The notes under the pieces: model-generated | Database searches by the model: none | What the model was told of the DNA's origin: nothing | Seen by the model: the letters and a program-made list of their open reading frames with translations, nothing else | Translations under genes and position numbers: made by a program | Part shown: in pieces, positions 20,727-31,098 of the stretch | Position numbering within the stretch: position 1 is the stretch's first letter | How the letters are laid out: every line of letters starts with the position of its first letter | Source: Candidatus Poribacteria bacterium | GTDB lineage: Bacteria > Poribacteria > WGA-4E > WGA-3G | Assembly (NCBI GenBank): GCA_965205025.1 | Contig: CBDBFU010000003.1 | Span: 32,001 to 96,000 of the forward strand | Length of the DNA: 64,000 bases | Reading direction: 5' to 3'

Positions 20727-21380
20727 ATGCAAAACCGTCTTGAATCTGAATTAAAAGCACTTCAACACCAACTACTCAATATGGGTGGTATTGCAGAAAA
20801 CATGCTGCAGGACGCTATTCAATCAGTTTTAAATAGAGATGATAGTTTGGCTGAAAGAGTAATCGCTTTAGATGACTCAGTGGATAAACTCGAAAATGAA
20901 ATAGAAGCTAAATGTATACATATAATTGCAAGACACCAACCTGTAGCTTTTGAATTACGTTTCCTTACGATGACACTCAAAGTAAACCAGAATATAGAAA
21001 GGTTAGCGGATAAGTGTGTTTCTATTGCGAGAAGATCTATCGAACTCATAGAATATCCACCTATTCAACCTTTCGTGGATCTTCCATCGGTATGTGGAAT
21101 AATTCAAGAAATGGTTAAAGACTCTCTTGATTCACTTGTGCATCGAGATGCAGAACTTGCTGAGCAACTTCGAGAACGCGATAATGAGGTGGATGAAATC
21201 TATGAACAGACTTTAAGCGATTTGTGTGTGATACTGAGGCGTCATCCTGAAAATATACAAGCAGGTATAAGTATGTTGTTATTATTCAGACATTTAGAAA
21301 GGATAGGGGATCTCGCTGTAAATATCGGTGAGGAGGTGTTTTATCTGGTTAAAGGGGAAGTTTTACGTCACTCAAATTAG
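20727..21380 (+). CDS. phoU: Phosphate signalling protein PhoU
   Basis: DDSVDKLE, QPVAFELR, IERLAD, DNEVDE, LERIGDLAVNIGE. Confidence 0.95.
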   Translation: MQNRLESELKALQHQLLNMGGIAENMLQDAIQSVLNRDDSLAERVIALDDSVDKLENEIEAKCIHIIARHQPVAFELRFLTMTLKVNQNIERLADKCVSIARRSIELIEYPPIQPFVDLPSVCGIIQEMVKDSLDSLVHRDAELAEQLRERDNEVDEIYEQTLSDLCVILRRHPENIQAGISMLLLFRHLERIGDLAVNIGEEVFYLVKGEVLRHSN

Positions 21381-21402
21381 ATTGATAAATGACAAAATTC
21401 TT

Positions 21403-22650
21403 TTATCCATCTGATGAATTTTCTTTCTCTTGATAAAAATGAACATCTCGTTGGGGAAATGGGATTTTAATACCATATTTTTTTAGTTTATCCCAAACCA
21501 TAAAATGTAAATCACTGGCAACATCAAACCGCATAAATGAATCAGGAATCCACACAAATAATTCAAAGTCTAATGAAGATTCTCCAAAACTTGTAAACCT
21601 GACAAATGGCACGGTGACATTTTCCATTTTTGGAGAAGGATCTTTTATCACCAATTCATGTTCGGCAGCAGCTTCTAAGAGTGCTTTCTTTACAATTTGT
21701 ACATCCGAACTATATGACACTCCTACCGGAACTCGAACCCGAAAACGGTTATTATAATGTGTGAGATTATGCACTGGTTCTGTAATTAATTTGGAATTAG
21801 GTACAATAATCTCTTTTTCATCAAGAGCCACAATCACAGTTGATCTTAAGTTAATACTACTAACTCTACCAAATATATCCACATCCATTACCTCTACCAA
21901 ATCACCAATTTTTATTGGACGTTCAAAGATCAAAATAAAACCTGAGATTAAGTTCGCAACTGTATTCTGTAGACCGAATCCTATTCCAATACTTAACCCT
22001 CCGAAAACTATCGCTAAACTTGTGAAATTCATACCGATATTTCTTAGACAAATTAGAACTCCGATTGTAATCATTATAAAATGAAAGATTCGAAGGATTA
22101 TAAACTGTGTATGTCGTTCAATTTGAAATGCTTGCAATACTTGGTTCTGTAGAATCCACTGTGTGTATTTAGATAGTATAAACATGCCAAATATAATTGC
22201 AAAGCCGTAGAATATATTGGCTAATGTTAAGGTGGGTTGTTCGGTGTCTGACTTAACAGTATCGGCATCTGTTTCAACATCATCTTCCGATATAGGATCT
22301 TCGACTGCTGGTTTTGAACTATCTTCAGAAGATTTAAAAAGTTTAACAAGATCATATCGAAAAACCTTATCAAATATATCTATAGTAATACCTGAAAATC
22401 TGAATGCAAATCCAATACCGAGAATTAATGTGATGAGAAATAGGATAGCTACAATCCTATTATCTATATTATTAGCAAATTTCAGTTTGGAAATTACACG
22501 CCGAAACGATCTACGTAAAAGTGCAGTCCCAAGTAACCAAACTGCTACAAACCCAATTAATTTAACAATTTGGAATACCTTAACTTCATCATCTAAGGTT
22601 AGGACAGTTATATTCAGTATTTCATTTAATTGGCTTAGCAAATTTTCCAT
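21403..22650 (-). CDS. Small-conductance mechanosensitive channel (MscS family)
   Basis: GIGFGLQNTVANLISG, FERPIKIGD, IIVPNS, VGVSY, FGESSLDF, IPFPQRDVH. Confidence 0.95.
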   Translation of the reverse strand: MENLLSQLNEILNITVLTLDDEVKVFQIVKLIGFVAVWLLGTALLRRSFRRVISKLKFANNIDNRIVAILFLITLILGIGFAFRFSGITIDIFDKVFRYDLVKLFKSSEDSSKPAVEDPISEDDVETDADTVKSDTEQPTLTLANIFYGFAIIFGMFILSKYTQWILQNQVLQAFQIERHTQFIILRIFHFIMITIGVLICLRNIGMNFTSLAIVFGGLSIGIGFGLQNTVANLISGFILIFERPIKIGDLVEVMDVDIFGRVSSINLRSTVIVALDEKEIIVPNSKLITEPVHNLTHYNNRFRVRVPVGVSYSSDVQIVKKALLEAAAEHELVIKDPSPKMENVTVPFVRFTSFGESSLDFELFVWIPDSFMRFDVASDLHFMVWDKLKKYGIKIPFPQRDVHFYQEKENSSDG

Positions 22651-22822
22651 AATTTAGCTTGGATAATTCCCTCAGACAGAAAATAATTTCTCTGATGTCA
22701 TAAAAATTGCTTCACTGTATTGGCTAACAGCACTTCTATAACTTGGAAATTCACTATAGAAATAACGAATTCAGCATTGAAGATATATCAAGGAATTAAA
22801 GGAATAATGGATGGTATCTATT

Positions 22823-25096
22823 TTAATCGATTGAAATAGACTGTTTTGAGTGGACGAATAATACATCATTCACACCTGCATATCTTTGCAGGATAAGGTC
22901 CAATTCATTAGAATTTAGATCTTCACTTGTTAGACCTACAATGACCAAATCCGCTTGTGCTGATCTATGGGCAACTTCTTCCTCCATAGTTGCCTCATTC
23001 TCATAAGAAACAGAAGTGACATTTTGCATGGATATGGGTAATCTACCTTCCTTGATAACAGTGGATAGATGATCAGTATCGAGTTCAGTATCCCAAGAGT
23101 CAGCACAGGCGAACAGACGTATTTTCGCCTTTTTCCATTCTGGATGACCAACGAGTATATAGGCAAGCAATAGCATCATTGGGACATTTGAGATGTTGTC
23201 ATTTGTAACCCATACATGAATTGATGATCTATAGCCAAAACGATACTTAGTTGACCTAAGGATCAGTACATTGAACAGTGAATCTACTGCCAGAAGAGCT
23301 CCTTGTTGAACTTCATCAATCTCTTCTGGATGCTCTTTATCAAATTCAAGTAATATTGAGTTATTAGGTAGACCTGATATACCGGGCATCTGCATTACAT
23401 GGGACAAAGCAAGTTGGAAATTTGGACAAATGAGTGAATCCACAAAAACACCTGCACCACTTGCTTCCGATTGTTGAATCAATGCCTCAACATGCATTCG
23501 TGCTGATATTTCATCGGTAAACGAATAATCCCCTTGAAAATACTGTATAAATTGTCCGAATCCCTGTCTATGACAAATCCAACGTAATAAATCAAAGTGC
23601 CCGAGACGTCTTTCCCCAAATTGTGTGATTGCAACTATGGAAGGACGCCACCCACTTTCAGATATATTTGCCCGTTCCTTTTGTAATGTTGTTTGCAGCC
23701 ATCGTGTCAATTGAAACATTGCACCTTGAAAAATTCCTGATAAACCACGGTGTTCATCACGACCTCTACGCAATCCTATGTATATCGCCATCATGATTGT
23801 TATAGATATGATTGCAGAGAGAAAACTGATTTGAAACATCATGATACCGCACATTATTGTTCCAAGTAAGGATACATACCATCGAGAATGGAAAGTTGGA
23901 CGATACGAGGGATTCCCCGCAAAATGTTCGAGGAAGGAGACGATACAAAGGGCACCATAGGTTACAAGGAAAAACATAGTCAATATCTTTGCAATGAAGT
24001 TTATTCCACCTATAGCAACGAAGACTACTGCGATAATTCCTGAGACAAAGGTCGCTGGGACAGGATCTTGTTCTTTACCAACACCAAAACGTAGCAATCT
24101 ATTTAGACTTGGGATTGGCATGACATTGTCTCTTGCAAGTGCTTGAAGTGTTCTCGGTGCCACCATAATTGACCCAAGAGCAGAAGATAATGACGCTGCA
24201 CCTAACCCAATGTAAATGACTGGTTCCCACAGAGAGATCTTGCCCATGATAAACTGATCATTAGCAAGGTCGTCTGGTGTGGCATTCCAGCTTAACTTCA
24301 CTGCCACCAGAATATAGACTACCATACCTGCTAAGGTTGCACTAATTGTGCCAAGTGGTATACTCCGCTGAGGATTATTGAGGTCACCAGATAAACCCAG
24401 ACCTGCAATCATACCTGTAAATGCAGGAAAACATGTGGCGAAAACTATACCGAATCTGTCTGGTTCAGAGATAGTTGCAATGATATTCAGTGCCATTGGA
24501 GTCTCGCCTTGTTCAGGTCTACCGAATAAAAATGACAAAAGTGCACCACCCAGAATAATACAAATTGCCCACAGCATTGAAACCCCAATATTCGCTCCTT
24601 TAGTCAGCATGATTATGACTAAAACCACTGTTCCAGGAATACTTAACCAGCGTAGATTAATATCACTCTCAAATTCATAGCGAAATTGAATATAATCAAA
24701 GATAGGGTCAAATGCTTCAGCAAATGCAACCATATAGAAAGCAATTGATATCGCCTGTGAAAGGAATAAGGCTATACCTATGGTTCCACCAATACTGGTA
24801 CCAAAGGATCGACTTACAATATAGTAAGCACCACCCCCTGCAACTCTTCGATTAGTGGCTACTTCTGAAACAGCAAGTACAGTAGGAATTGTTACCAAAT
24901 GACCAAGTACTATAATGGCAAGAGTCTTCAATAAACCGACATTCCCTACGACATAACCGAAACGCAAGAACAATATCGCACCAAGAATCGTACTTATTGA
25001 TGCTAAGAAGACTGGGGCAGTGCCAAACCCATGACCGAATTGAGGGGTATTTCCATTACCTGATGTACTGGTTTGTTGACCTAACTTTGAAATCAT
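22823..25096 (-). CDS. Prokaryotic cation-chloride cotransporter (SLC12/CCC-like APC permease)
   Basis: STILGAILFLR, GGGAYYIVSRSFG, FPAFTGMIAG, SGDL..PQRSIP.GT, APRTLQALARD, WRPS C-terminal domain. Confidence 0.88.
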   Translation of the reverse strand: MISKLGQQTSTSGNGNTPQFGHGFGTAPVFLASISTILGAILFLRFGYVVGNVGLLKTLAIIVLGHLVTIPTVLAVSEVATNRRVAGGGAYYIVSRSFGTSIGGTIGIALFLSQAISIAFYMVAFAEAFDPIFDYIQFRYEFESDINLRWLSIPGTVVLVIIMLTKGANIGVSMLWAICIILGGALLSFLFGRPEQGETPMALNIIATISEPDRFGIVFATCFPAFTGMIAGLGLSGDLNNPQRSIPLGTISATLAGMVVYILVAVKLSWNATPDDLANDQFIMGKISLWEPVIYIGLGAASLSSALGSIMVAPRTLQALARDNVMPIPSLNRLLRFGVGKEQDPVPATFVSGIIAVVFVAIGGINFIAKILTMFFLVTYGALCIVSFLEHFAGNPSYRPTFHSRWYVSLLGTIMCGIMMFQISFLSAIISITIMMAIYIGLRRGRDEHRGLSGIFQGAMFQLTRWLQTTLQKERANISESGWRPSIVAITQFGERRLGHFDLLRWICHRQGFGQFIQYFQGDYSFTDEISARMHVEALIQQSEASGAGVFVDSLICPNFQLALSHVMQMPGISGLPNNSILLEFDKEHPEEIDEVQQGALLAVDSLFNVLILRSTKYRFGYRSSIHVWVTNDNISNVPMMLLLAYILVGHPEWKKAKIRLFACADSWDTELDTDHLSTVIKEGRLPISMQNVTSVSYENEATMEEEVAHRSAQADLVIVGLTSEDLNSNELDLILQRYAGVNDVLFVHSKQSISID

Positions 25097-25218
25097 GGTT
25101 GATATCCTTCTTCGAATGGACTTACTGATATGATTAATCTAAAAATCCTATCTCAACAAACACTACACTAAACAAAGCAGAAGATAGAAAATGATAATCA
25201 ATTATAAATAGTGAAAAA

Positions 25219-25926
25219 TTAGAGTTTAAATCTAAAGATAGTCAGATACTTATGATGTAATTTCTTTGTTAAAGGTTCACTATCGTAACTAAGTGAACCA
25301 CTCAATCGCAACCCTAATCGAGTTGTTAGGTTGAACGTGAGTGCCGGTTCTGCTAAATACTTAAAGTTTTGAAATCCAACTTGCGGGGTGAATTTCATTG
25401 ATATATTCAATTTTCGCCAACCGATTGATGAAAATGCTAACCACCTGAAGGATGTAGGATCAAATTTTCTGACAGTTAGATCTTTATAGGGTTGTATATT
25501 CTCAAGAAAATACCCTAATCCACCAGATATCCTTAATGTTCCTTTTTCATAAATTCCAGGTCGAATATATCCACCTATCTGTACTGTGAGTGCAGTTCCT
25601 TGGGTTATATTCCGTTCTAAATCCGTGAACACCTCAATACCATAAGTCTGGATTCGCATCCCACCCTGGATCCGTCCTTTTGCAATCTCTGTAATTACAC
25701 CCTCTTTACCCGAACCACGGGACCCAAATATTCCTGCCCAACCATTAATTGTCTTAAATGGTACTACTGCTGTTAGAGTGATAGTCTGTAAGGCATCATC
25801 CCCAGCAATACCAATATCTAATGTCTTAGAATCCTGCGGTAAATCGGCAAACTGGCTATATGTTGGTATTACAAAGTAGATCGAGAATAGGACAATAAAA
25901 ATGATTCTAATAACAATCTGATTCAT
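25219..25926 (-). CDS. Putative outer-membrane beta-barrel protein (DUF481-like), paralog 1
   Basis: Signal peptide, alternating beta-strands, C-terminal LTIFRFKL; clear paralog of 26420-27172. Confidence 0.6.
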   Translation of the reverse strand: MNQIVIRIIFIVLFSIYFVIPTYSQFADLPQDSKTLDIGIAGDDALQTITLTAVVPFKTINGWAGIFGSRGSGKEGVITEIAKGRIQGGMRIQTYGIEVFTDLERNITQGTALTVQIGGYIRPGIYEKGTLRISGGLGYFLENIQPYKDLTVRKFDPTSFRWLAFSSIGWRKLNISMKFTPQVGFQNFKYLAEPALTFNLTTRLGLRLSGSLSYDSEPLTKKLHHKYLTIFRFKL

Positions 25927-26274
25927 ATCCTATATTACATCCAATTATCATTATTCATTCTTATAGAGCATTTATAGTAATACAAGATAGTTAAATGATA
26001 AAGTTGATCTTAAGTTATTCCTTTGTTGATACCATTTTCGATTAAGATACAATCTTGATTGAATAAATAGAATCCTTAGATAAACGGACATATATTACCC
26101 GTTAATATAGCAAATGTCAAGTAAATAGACATAGAAGGGTGTGTAATGTTATGGCTCTATCGGCGTAAATATAAGTATTAGACTCTTTGTTGGAGTAGAT
26201 TCAGATCTTCTCCTCATCTGTAAGAGGGAATTCCGATTCCCGACTCTTCTGGGGTTTCAAGAACACACATTAAA

Positions 26275-26322
26275 ATAAAAAAGTTTGGTACTTCATAACT
26301 ATGAAATACCAAACTTTTATTT
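26275..26322. terminator. Hairpin with A/T tails, probable intrinsic terminator
   Basis: AAAAGTTTGGTACTTCAT..ATGAAATACCAAACTTTT downstream of the 26420-27172 gene. Confidence 0.6.
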
Positions 26323-26419
26323 GTTCAACTCAAAATAAGGATAAAATTATCCAATTTACAATGAGTAGGATAAAACTCTATAAGAATTTAGGTAATAATA
26401 CATCTATATACTATATTCA

Positions 26420-27172
26420 CTATAAAGTTATACGTAAAATAGAAAGATAAATATACTGTAAATTGTCTGTTAGGGGTTCACTGTTATAGGTTACAGTTCC
26501 ACTGACACGAAACCCAAAACGATCAGATAGATCGAAGGTTACAGCGGGTTCCGCACAAATCCTGTAGTTTTTAAACCCTATTTCAGGTGTGAAGGTTAAC
26601 TCAGTATTGATCTTATTCCAGTCAAGCGTAGAAGAAACTAACCATCTAAATGCCGTTGGGTCAAATTGTCTAATTTTTAATTCTTCAAATGGTCGTATAG
26701 TTTCTAAAAAGTAACCAAAATTTGCTGAAATACTCAGTGAACCCTTTTTATACTCTCCAGGTTGAATAGTACCACCAACTTGAGCAGTCAATGCACTTCC
26801 ATCCATCAGATTACGTTCAAAATATGAAAATGCTTCTAATTCAAGCTCTTTAACATTTATGATACTTTCAACATGTAACTTTACTATTTCTGAATGTACC
26901 CCATTTTCACCTGAGGAACGAGAACCGAAAAAACCTGCCCAACCATTAATGTTTGTAACCGGTACAACGGCGGTAAGGGTTACGGTCCTATGATTTGAAT
27001 CACCAGTAACACCAATATCAACTGTATTTTGATCCTCAGGTAAATCGGTAAATTGTCCATAAACTGGTAATGAAATAAAAAACAAGAGAAACACAATAAA
27101 CGCAAGTATACTTTTCTTTAAAACACAATCTAATCGGGATAACCCTACTTGTGTTTCTGTTACGTAATGCAT
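26420..27172 (-). CDS. Putative outer-membrane beta-barrel protein (DUF481-like), paralog 2
   Basis: QFTDLP, INGWAGFFGSR, FDPTAFRWL, AEPA shared with paralog 1; C-terminal LSILRITL. Confidence 0.6.
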   Translation of the reverse strand: MHYVTETQVGLSRLDCVLKKSILAFIVFLLFFISLPVYGQFTDLPEDQNTVDIGVTGDSNHRTVTLTAVVPVTNINGWAGFFGSRSSGENGVHSEIVKLHVESIINVKELELEAFSYFERNLMDGSALTAQVGGTIQPGEYKKGSLSISANFGYFLETIRPFEELKIRQFDPTAFRWLVSSTLDWNKINTELTFTPEIGFKNYRICAEPAVTFDLSDRFGFRVSGTVTYNSEPLTDNLQYIYLSILRITL

Positions 27173-27534
27173 ACAGGGGGTTTGGAAACTTACGGGTTAA
27201 TTCTGAACGCTAAAATAATCGAAAAAATATTCGATTAAAACACCTGCCAAACAGTGAGAAGTCATACCTCCAAGATATAACCTACAAAGTCTAATTGTAT
27301 ATTTGTAATGTAAAATTTAATGTATTCAGAATTATATCAACTTAGACGATGATGATATTCCGACTATTTATTGTTGTTTAACAACGAAATTATTCAGTTA
27401 TGGTTTCTACAAAATTGCATAATTTTTGTAGTAAATTTAATATACCAAAATTATGGAAAATCCCATAAAAATGATTGTGATATTTTACTCTCTAAATTAT
27501 GAAATTTCAAATAAAAATGCAGGAAATTTACCTT

Positions 27535-27609
27535 TATGTCGCGATTCGGAGATCGCTCCTACAGAAAAAATTACAAATATGTCGCGATTCGGAGATCGCT
27601 CCTACAGAA
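27535..27609 (-). repeat. Two identical 32-bp GTAG-type REPs in direct orientation
   Basis: TATGTCGCGATTCGGAGATCGCTCCTACAGAA at 27535 and 27578; relative at 52701. Confidence 0.85.
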
Positions 27610-27738
27610 GATAAATAGTAGAATGTATCTATATTCGACCATTGAATGCATTTGGCATGCGAATTCTATTCTCTTGTCACAATACAAAATACATGATAGA
27701 CTGATGATGTTTGAGTATCGTATTTGAGGTAGATTTTT

Positions 27739-28668
27739 ATGGAATATAATGAACTTGCAACAAAGAAACCGTTTATAGTAAACAAAAATCTTGGGAGTGC
27801 TGTAGAAGTAGAACCTGAAGAATTAACAGCAACAAATGCTGATGGATTACCTATAATTCTTCCTACCCAAAAACAAAAATACGATTTTGATCGTAAAGGG
27901 TGGCTACTTGTTCCAGAAGTATTATCGAAAGAAGAAATATCTGAAATACAGGCATTTTGTCATGAATCAATAAGTAATGATCAAAATATAACTGAATCCC
28001 AAATTTGTGGTTTAGAAGGACCATTACAAAAATTAGTGGATCATCCCGTTGTTGTTGGATTATTAAATGAATTTCTTGCATATCCCCCTGCTGCCAGTGA
28101 GGAATGTTACGGGTTTCGACTTGAAAAATCTGATGTCATATTCGGAGAGCTAAAGGATGAGAAGCAGAACGACAAGCAAAATTACAATGGAAATGGTCTG
28201 TTTCGTCTACCCGGTGATTCACATATTTATCGATGTGTCCCGGGCAGAGCATGGAGTGGATTGACACGGGTGATATGGGAATTATCCGATGTCAAAGCAG
28301 AGTCTAACGATATTCGGGTCATTACAGGAAGCCACAAGAGTGCTTATGTTTTTCCGCAACACATTCATACAGACAATTCGGCAATCTGGGAGACCTATGA
28401 ATGTCCACCAGGATCTCTTATCCTACTTACTGAATCTATAACTACAAAGCATATTACGACTGCCACAGATCAGAAAGTTGATCGATTACGAATTACGAAT
28501 TTATATAATACAGTGGCAAGCCGTTGGTGTAATTGGTTACCCTCTTCTGAACTACTCGAATCAATGCCACCAAAACGACAATCCCTCTTTAGAGAAACTT
28601 ATGCAGGTGGCAATGTCACCAAGGGACATTTTGGTGATCGTACTTCTGCATATCCAATTAATATCTAA
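27739..28668 (+). CDS. Phytanoyl-CoA dioxygenase (PhyH)-like protein, Fe ligands apparently lost
   Basis: QKYDFDRKGWL, WELSDV, GSHKS, CPPGSLILLTE; YNG and ESITTK where the paralog has HNG and EALTHS. Confidence 0.8.
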   Translation: MEYNELATKKPFIVNKNLGSAVEVEPEELTATNADGLPIILPTQKQKYDFDRKGWLLVPEVLSKEEISEIQAFCHESISNDQNITESQICGLEGPLQKLVDHPVVVGLLNEFLAYPPAASEECYGFRLEKSDVIFGELKDEKQNDKQNYNGNGLFRLPGDSHIYRCVPGRAWSGLTRVIWELSDVKAESNDIRVITGSHKSAYVFPQHIHTDNSAIWETYECPPGSLILLTESITTKHITTATDQKVDRLRITNLYNTVASRWCNWLPSSELLESMPPKRQSLFRETYAGGNVTKGHFGDRTSAYPINI

Positions 28669-28680
28669 AATAGGTATAAG

Positions 28681-29553
28681 ATGAATACACAAACAGACGT
28701 TCTCACACATAATTCTCAAGAGGTTATCATTCCTCATGAACACTTTGAATTACCTACGCACAACTCTGATGGTGATTCTATTCCCCCGTTGACACCAGAG
28801 CAGATCTATGAATTTGATACACATGGGTGGATACTATTTCCTGAAATCATCACAGGGGATGATCTCAAAGAAATGCAGGAGTTCGCATATCGTCTTCATC
28901 ACGATCCAGATTCGATCCCTGAACATGAAAGGAATACACTTGGTGGACCATTACAGAAATTGATTGACCACCCTCTTGTGGTGTCATTACTGAATGAATT
29001 CACTGCACATCCGTCTGTTACAAATTCACACTGCTACGGTTATACAGTAGAAAGTACAAATCTGTTCTATAGAACGGAGGGTATGGGAGGATTCGGTCCA
29101 CATAATGGGAACGGTATGCTACGTTTTCCTGGAGACGTCCATTATTATAATGCTTTTCCTGGAAAAGGATATAGTCCACATACCCGAATCGTATGGGAAT
29201 TGAATGAAGTAAAGAAGGGACAAGGTGGCACGCTATTGGTTACAGGTAGTCATAAATCTGTATACACCGCTCCTGCAGAAATCCAAAACCCAGATTCAGA
29301 CATTTGGACGACTTACGGATGTCCTCCAGGTACACTCATCATCTTTACTGAAGCATTAACACATAGCGCAAACCCTTGGACGAATACGGATAACGACAGA
29401 ATGGCTATTTTCAACCTGTATAGTCCAGTTGACAGCGGTTATGCAAGAGTCTATCAACCCCATCCAAAACTTCTCGAATCAATGACAGAGATGAGACGTA
29501 CCCTCTTTAGAAGTCGCTTTGTTGTTGACAATAGTGATAACTCAGATAGTTGA
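28681..29553 (+). CDS. PhyH-like Fe(II)/2-oxoglutarate enzyme with HxG motif
   Basis: QIYEFDTHGW, GPHNG, GGTLLVTGSHKS, IFTEALTHSANPW, DRMAIF. Confidence 0.88.
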   Translation: MNTQTDVLTHNSQEVIIPHEHFELPTHNSDGDSIPPLTPEQIYEFDTHGWILFPEIITGDDLKEMQEFAYRLHHDPDSIPEHERNTLGGPLQKLIDHPLVVSLLNEFTAHPSVTNSHCYGYTVESTNLFYRTEGMGGFGPHNGNGMLRFPGDVHYYNAFPGKGYSPHTRIVWELNEVKKGQGGTLLVTGSHKSVYTAPAEIQNPDSDIWTTYGCPPGTLIIFTEALTHSANPWTNTDNDRMAIFNLYSPVDSGYARVYQPHPKLLESMTEMRRTLFRSRFVVDNSDNSDS

Positions 29554-29574
29554 TTGAATTGAAAGGAGACCCAC

Positions 29575-30948
29575 TTGTCAAATCAACCTAACATATTATG
29601 GATATATGGAGAAGATCTATCTCCTGACTTAGGATGTTATGGTACACCCGCAGTGAGTACACCAAACATTGATAGGATTGCTGAAGAAGGTACACGTTTC
29701 CCAAACGCATTTGTAACATGTCCTGTATGTTCACCGAGTAGGTCAGCACTAATTACCGGGACCTACCAAACCCATTTTGACGCGCATAATCATCGTAGTA
29801 ATCGGGATAAACCTTTGCGCGAAGATATGAAATTGATTACCGATTACTTCCATGAAGCAGGATACTACACATGCAACAGTCCAGGTCCTCCGTATAATCG
29901 TAAAGGTAAAACTGATTTCAATTTCCATAGAGATAACCCATTCGATGGGATTGATTGGCGTGAACGGTCCGATGGTCAACCCTTTTATGCTCAAATAAAT
30001 ATACCAGATACCCATAGAGTTTTTAAACCTGATCCAGATAGACCAATCAATCCAGAGGATGTTGAGCTGCCTCCGTATTATCCGGATCATCCCTTGATTC
30101 GTAAGGATTGGGCACTCTATCTTGAAAGTATCCAGATTTTAGATAAGAAGATAGGGAAAATTCTGGACCGATTGGACGAAGAAGGTTTAACTGAGAATAC
30201 AATTCTCTTCTTCATGAGTGATCATGGACGCGCACATATACGTTGTAAGCAATTTCTCTATGATGGTGGTATTCATATACCATTAATTGTAAGATTTCCT
30301 GGACAGGTTCACGCGGGAGAAGTTAATGAAAAATTAGTGAGTGGTGTGGACTTTATGCCAACTTCACTGTCAATGGCTGGAATTGATATTCCTGATTATG
30401 TACAAGGTGAAGTGTTCCTTGGTGAAAATGCTACAGAACGAGAAGCAGTCTTTGCAGCACGAGACAGATGCGATGGCACTGATGACCGTATACGATGTGT
30501 TCGGACACACAATTACAAACTCATCCGAAATTATCATCCTGAACTCCCCTATATGCAGTTTAATGGATATAAGAAACTTCAATATCCTCTGTGGTCTTTA
30601 ATTAATGTTCTAAATGAGAAGGACGAACTCACAACAGCACAACAACATTTTTGTCAGGACACCCGTCCTTATGAAGAGTTGTATGATTTACAATCTGATC
30701 CGTATGAGACAAAAAATCTAATTGATGATGAAAAGTATGTTACAGTTAGAACGGATCTCACAGGAAAATTGGATACATGGATTGAAACTACTGGAGATAT
30801 GGGAGTTACACCTGAATCTGATGAAGTGAAAACCTACTGGGATGAACACATGCTGGAAGGTTATAATGACAGAATGGAAGATCGAGGTCTATCACCTGAC
30901 ATTAGTGATGAGGACTATGTGAAATGGTGGGAAAATAAACTGCTATAA
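29575..30948 (+). CDS. Sulfatase (formylglycine-dependent)
   Basis: PNILWI, CPVCSPSRSALITG, SDHG, KQFLYDGG, YKLIRN, EELYDLQSDPYE. Confidence 0.95.
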   Translation: MSNQPNILWIYGEDLSPDLGCYGTPAVSTPNIDRIAEEGTRFPNAFVTCPVCSPSRSALITGTYQTHFDAHNHRSNRDKPLREDMKLITDYFHEAGYYTCNSPGPPYNRKGKTDFNFHRDNPFDGIDWRERSDGQPFYAQINIPDTHRVFKPDPDRPINPEDVELPPYYPDHPLIRKDWALYLESIQILDKKIGKILDRLDEEGLTENTILFFMSDHGRAHIRCKQFLYDGGIHIPLIVRFPGQVHAGEVNEKLVSGVDFMPTSLSMAGIDIPDYVQGEVFLGENATEREAVFAARDRCDGTDDRIRCVRTHNYKLIRNYHPELPYMQFNGYKKLQYPLWSLINVLNEKDELTTAQQHFCQDTRPYEELYDLQSDPYETKNLIDDEKYVTVRTDLTGKLDTWIETTGDMGVTPESDEVKTYWDEHMLEGYNDRMEDRGLSPDISDEDYVKWWENKLL

Positions 30949-30980
30949 AATCCTGCCTGTCCCAACTCTTTCCACCCCCT

Positions 30981-31085
30981 TGTAGGCGGGAATTCCGATT
31001 CCCAGCCATTCCATCCTTCCTTCTTCTGTGGGAGGGATTCCGATCCCCGATCTTCTCTTCTGTAGGAGCGACCTCCTGGTCGCTA
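30981..31085 (+). repeat. Cluster of three GTAG-type REP hairpins between convergent genes
   Basis: GTAGGCGGGAATTCCGATTCCC, GTGGGAGGGATTCCGATCCCCG, GTAGGAGCGACCTCCTGGTCGC. Confidence 0.8.
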
Positions 31086-31098
31086 CATGATTCACCTA

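Noticed and set aside
27535-27609. Two identical 32-bp repeats as a mini CRISPR array
   Set aside because: Spacer is only 11 bp, the repeat is a GTAG-type REP found elsewhere, and no cas genes are present.
27652-27667. Sigma-54 promoter upstream of the PhyH pair
   Set aside because: TGGCAT is present but the -12 element reads TTCT and lacks the required GC.
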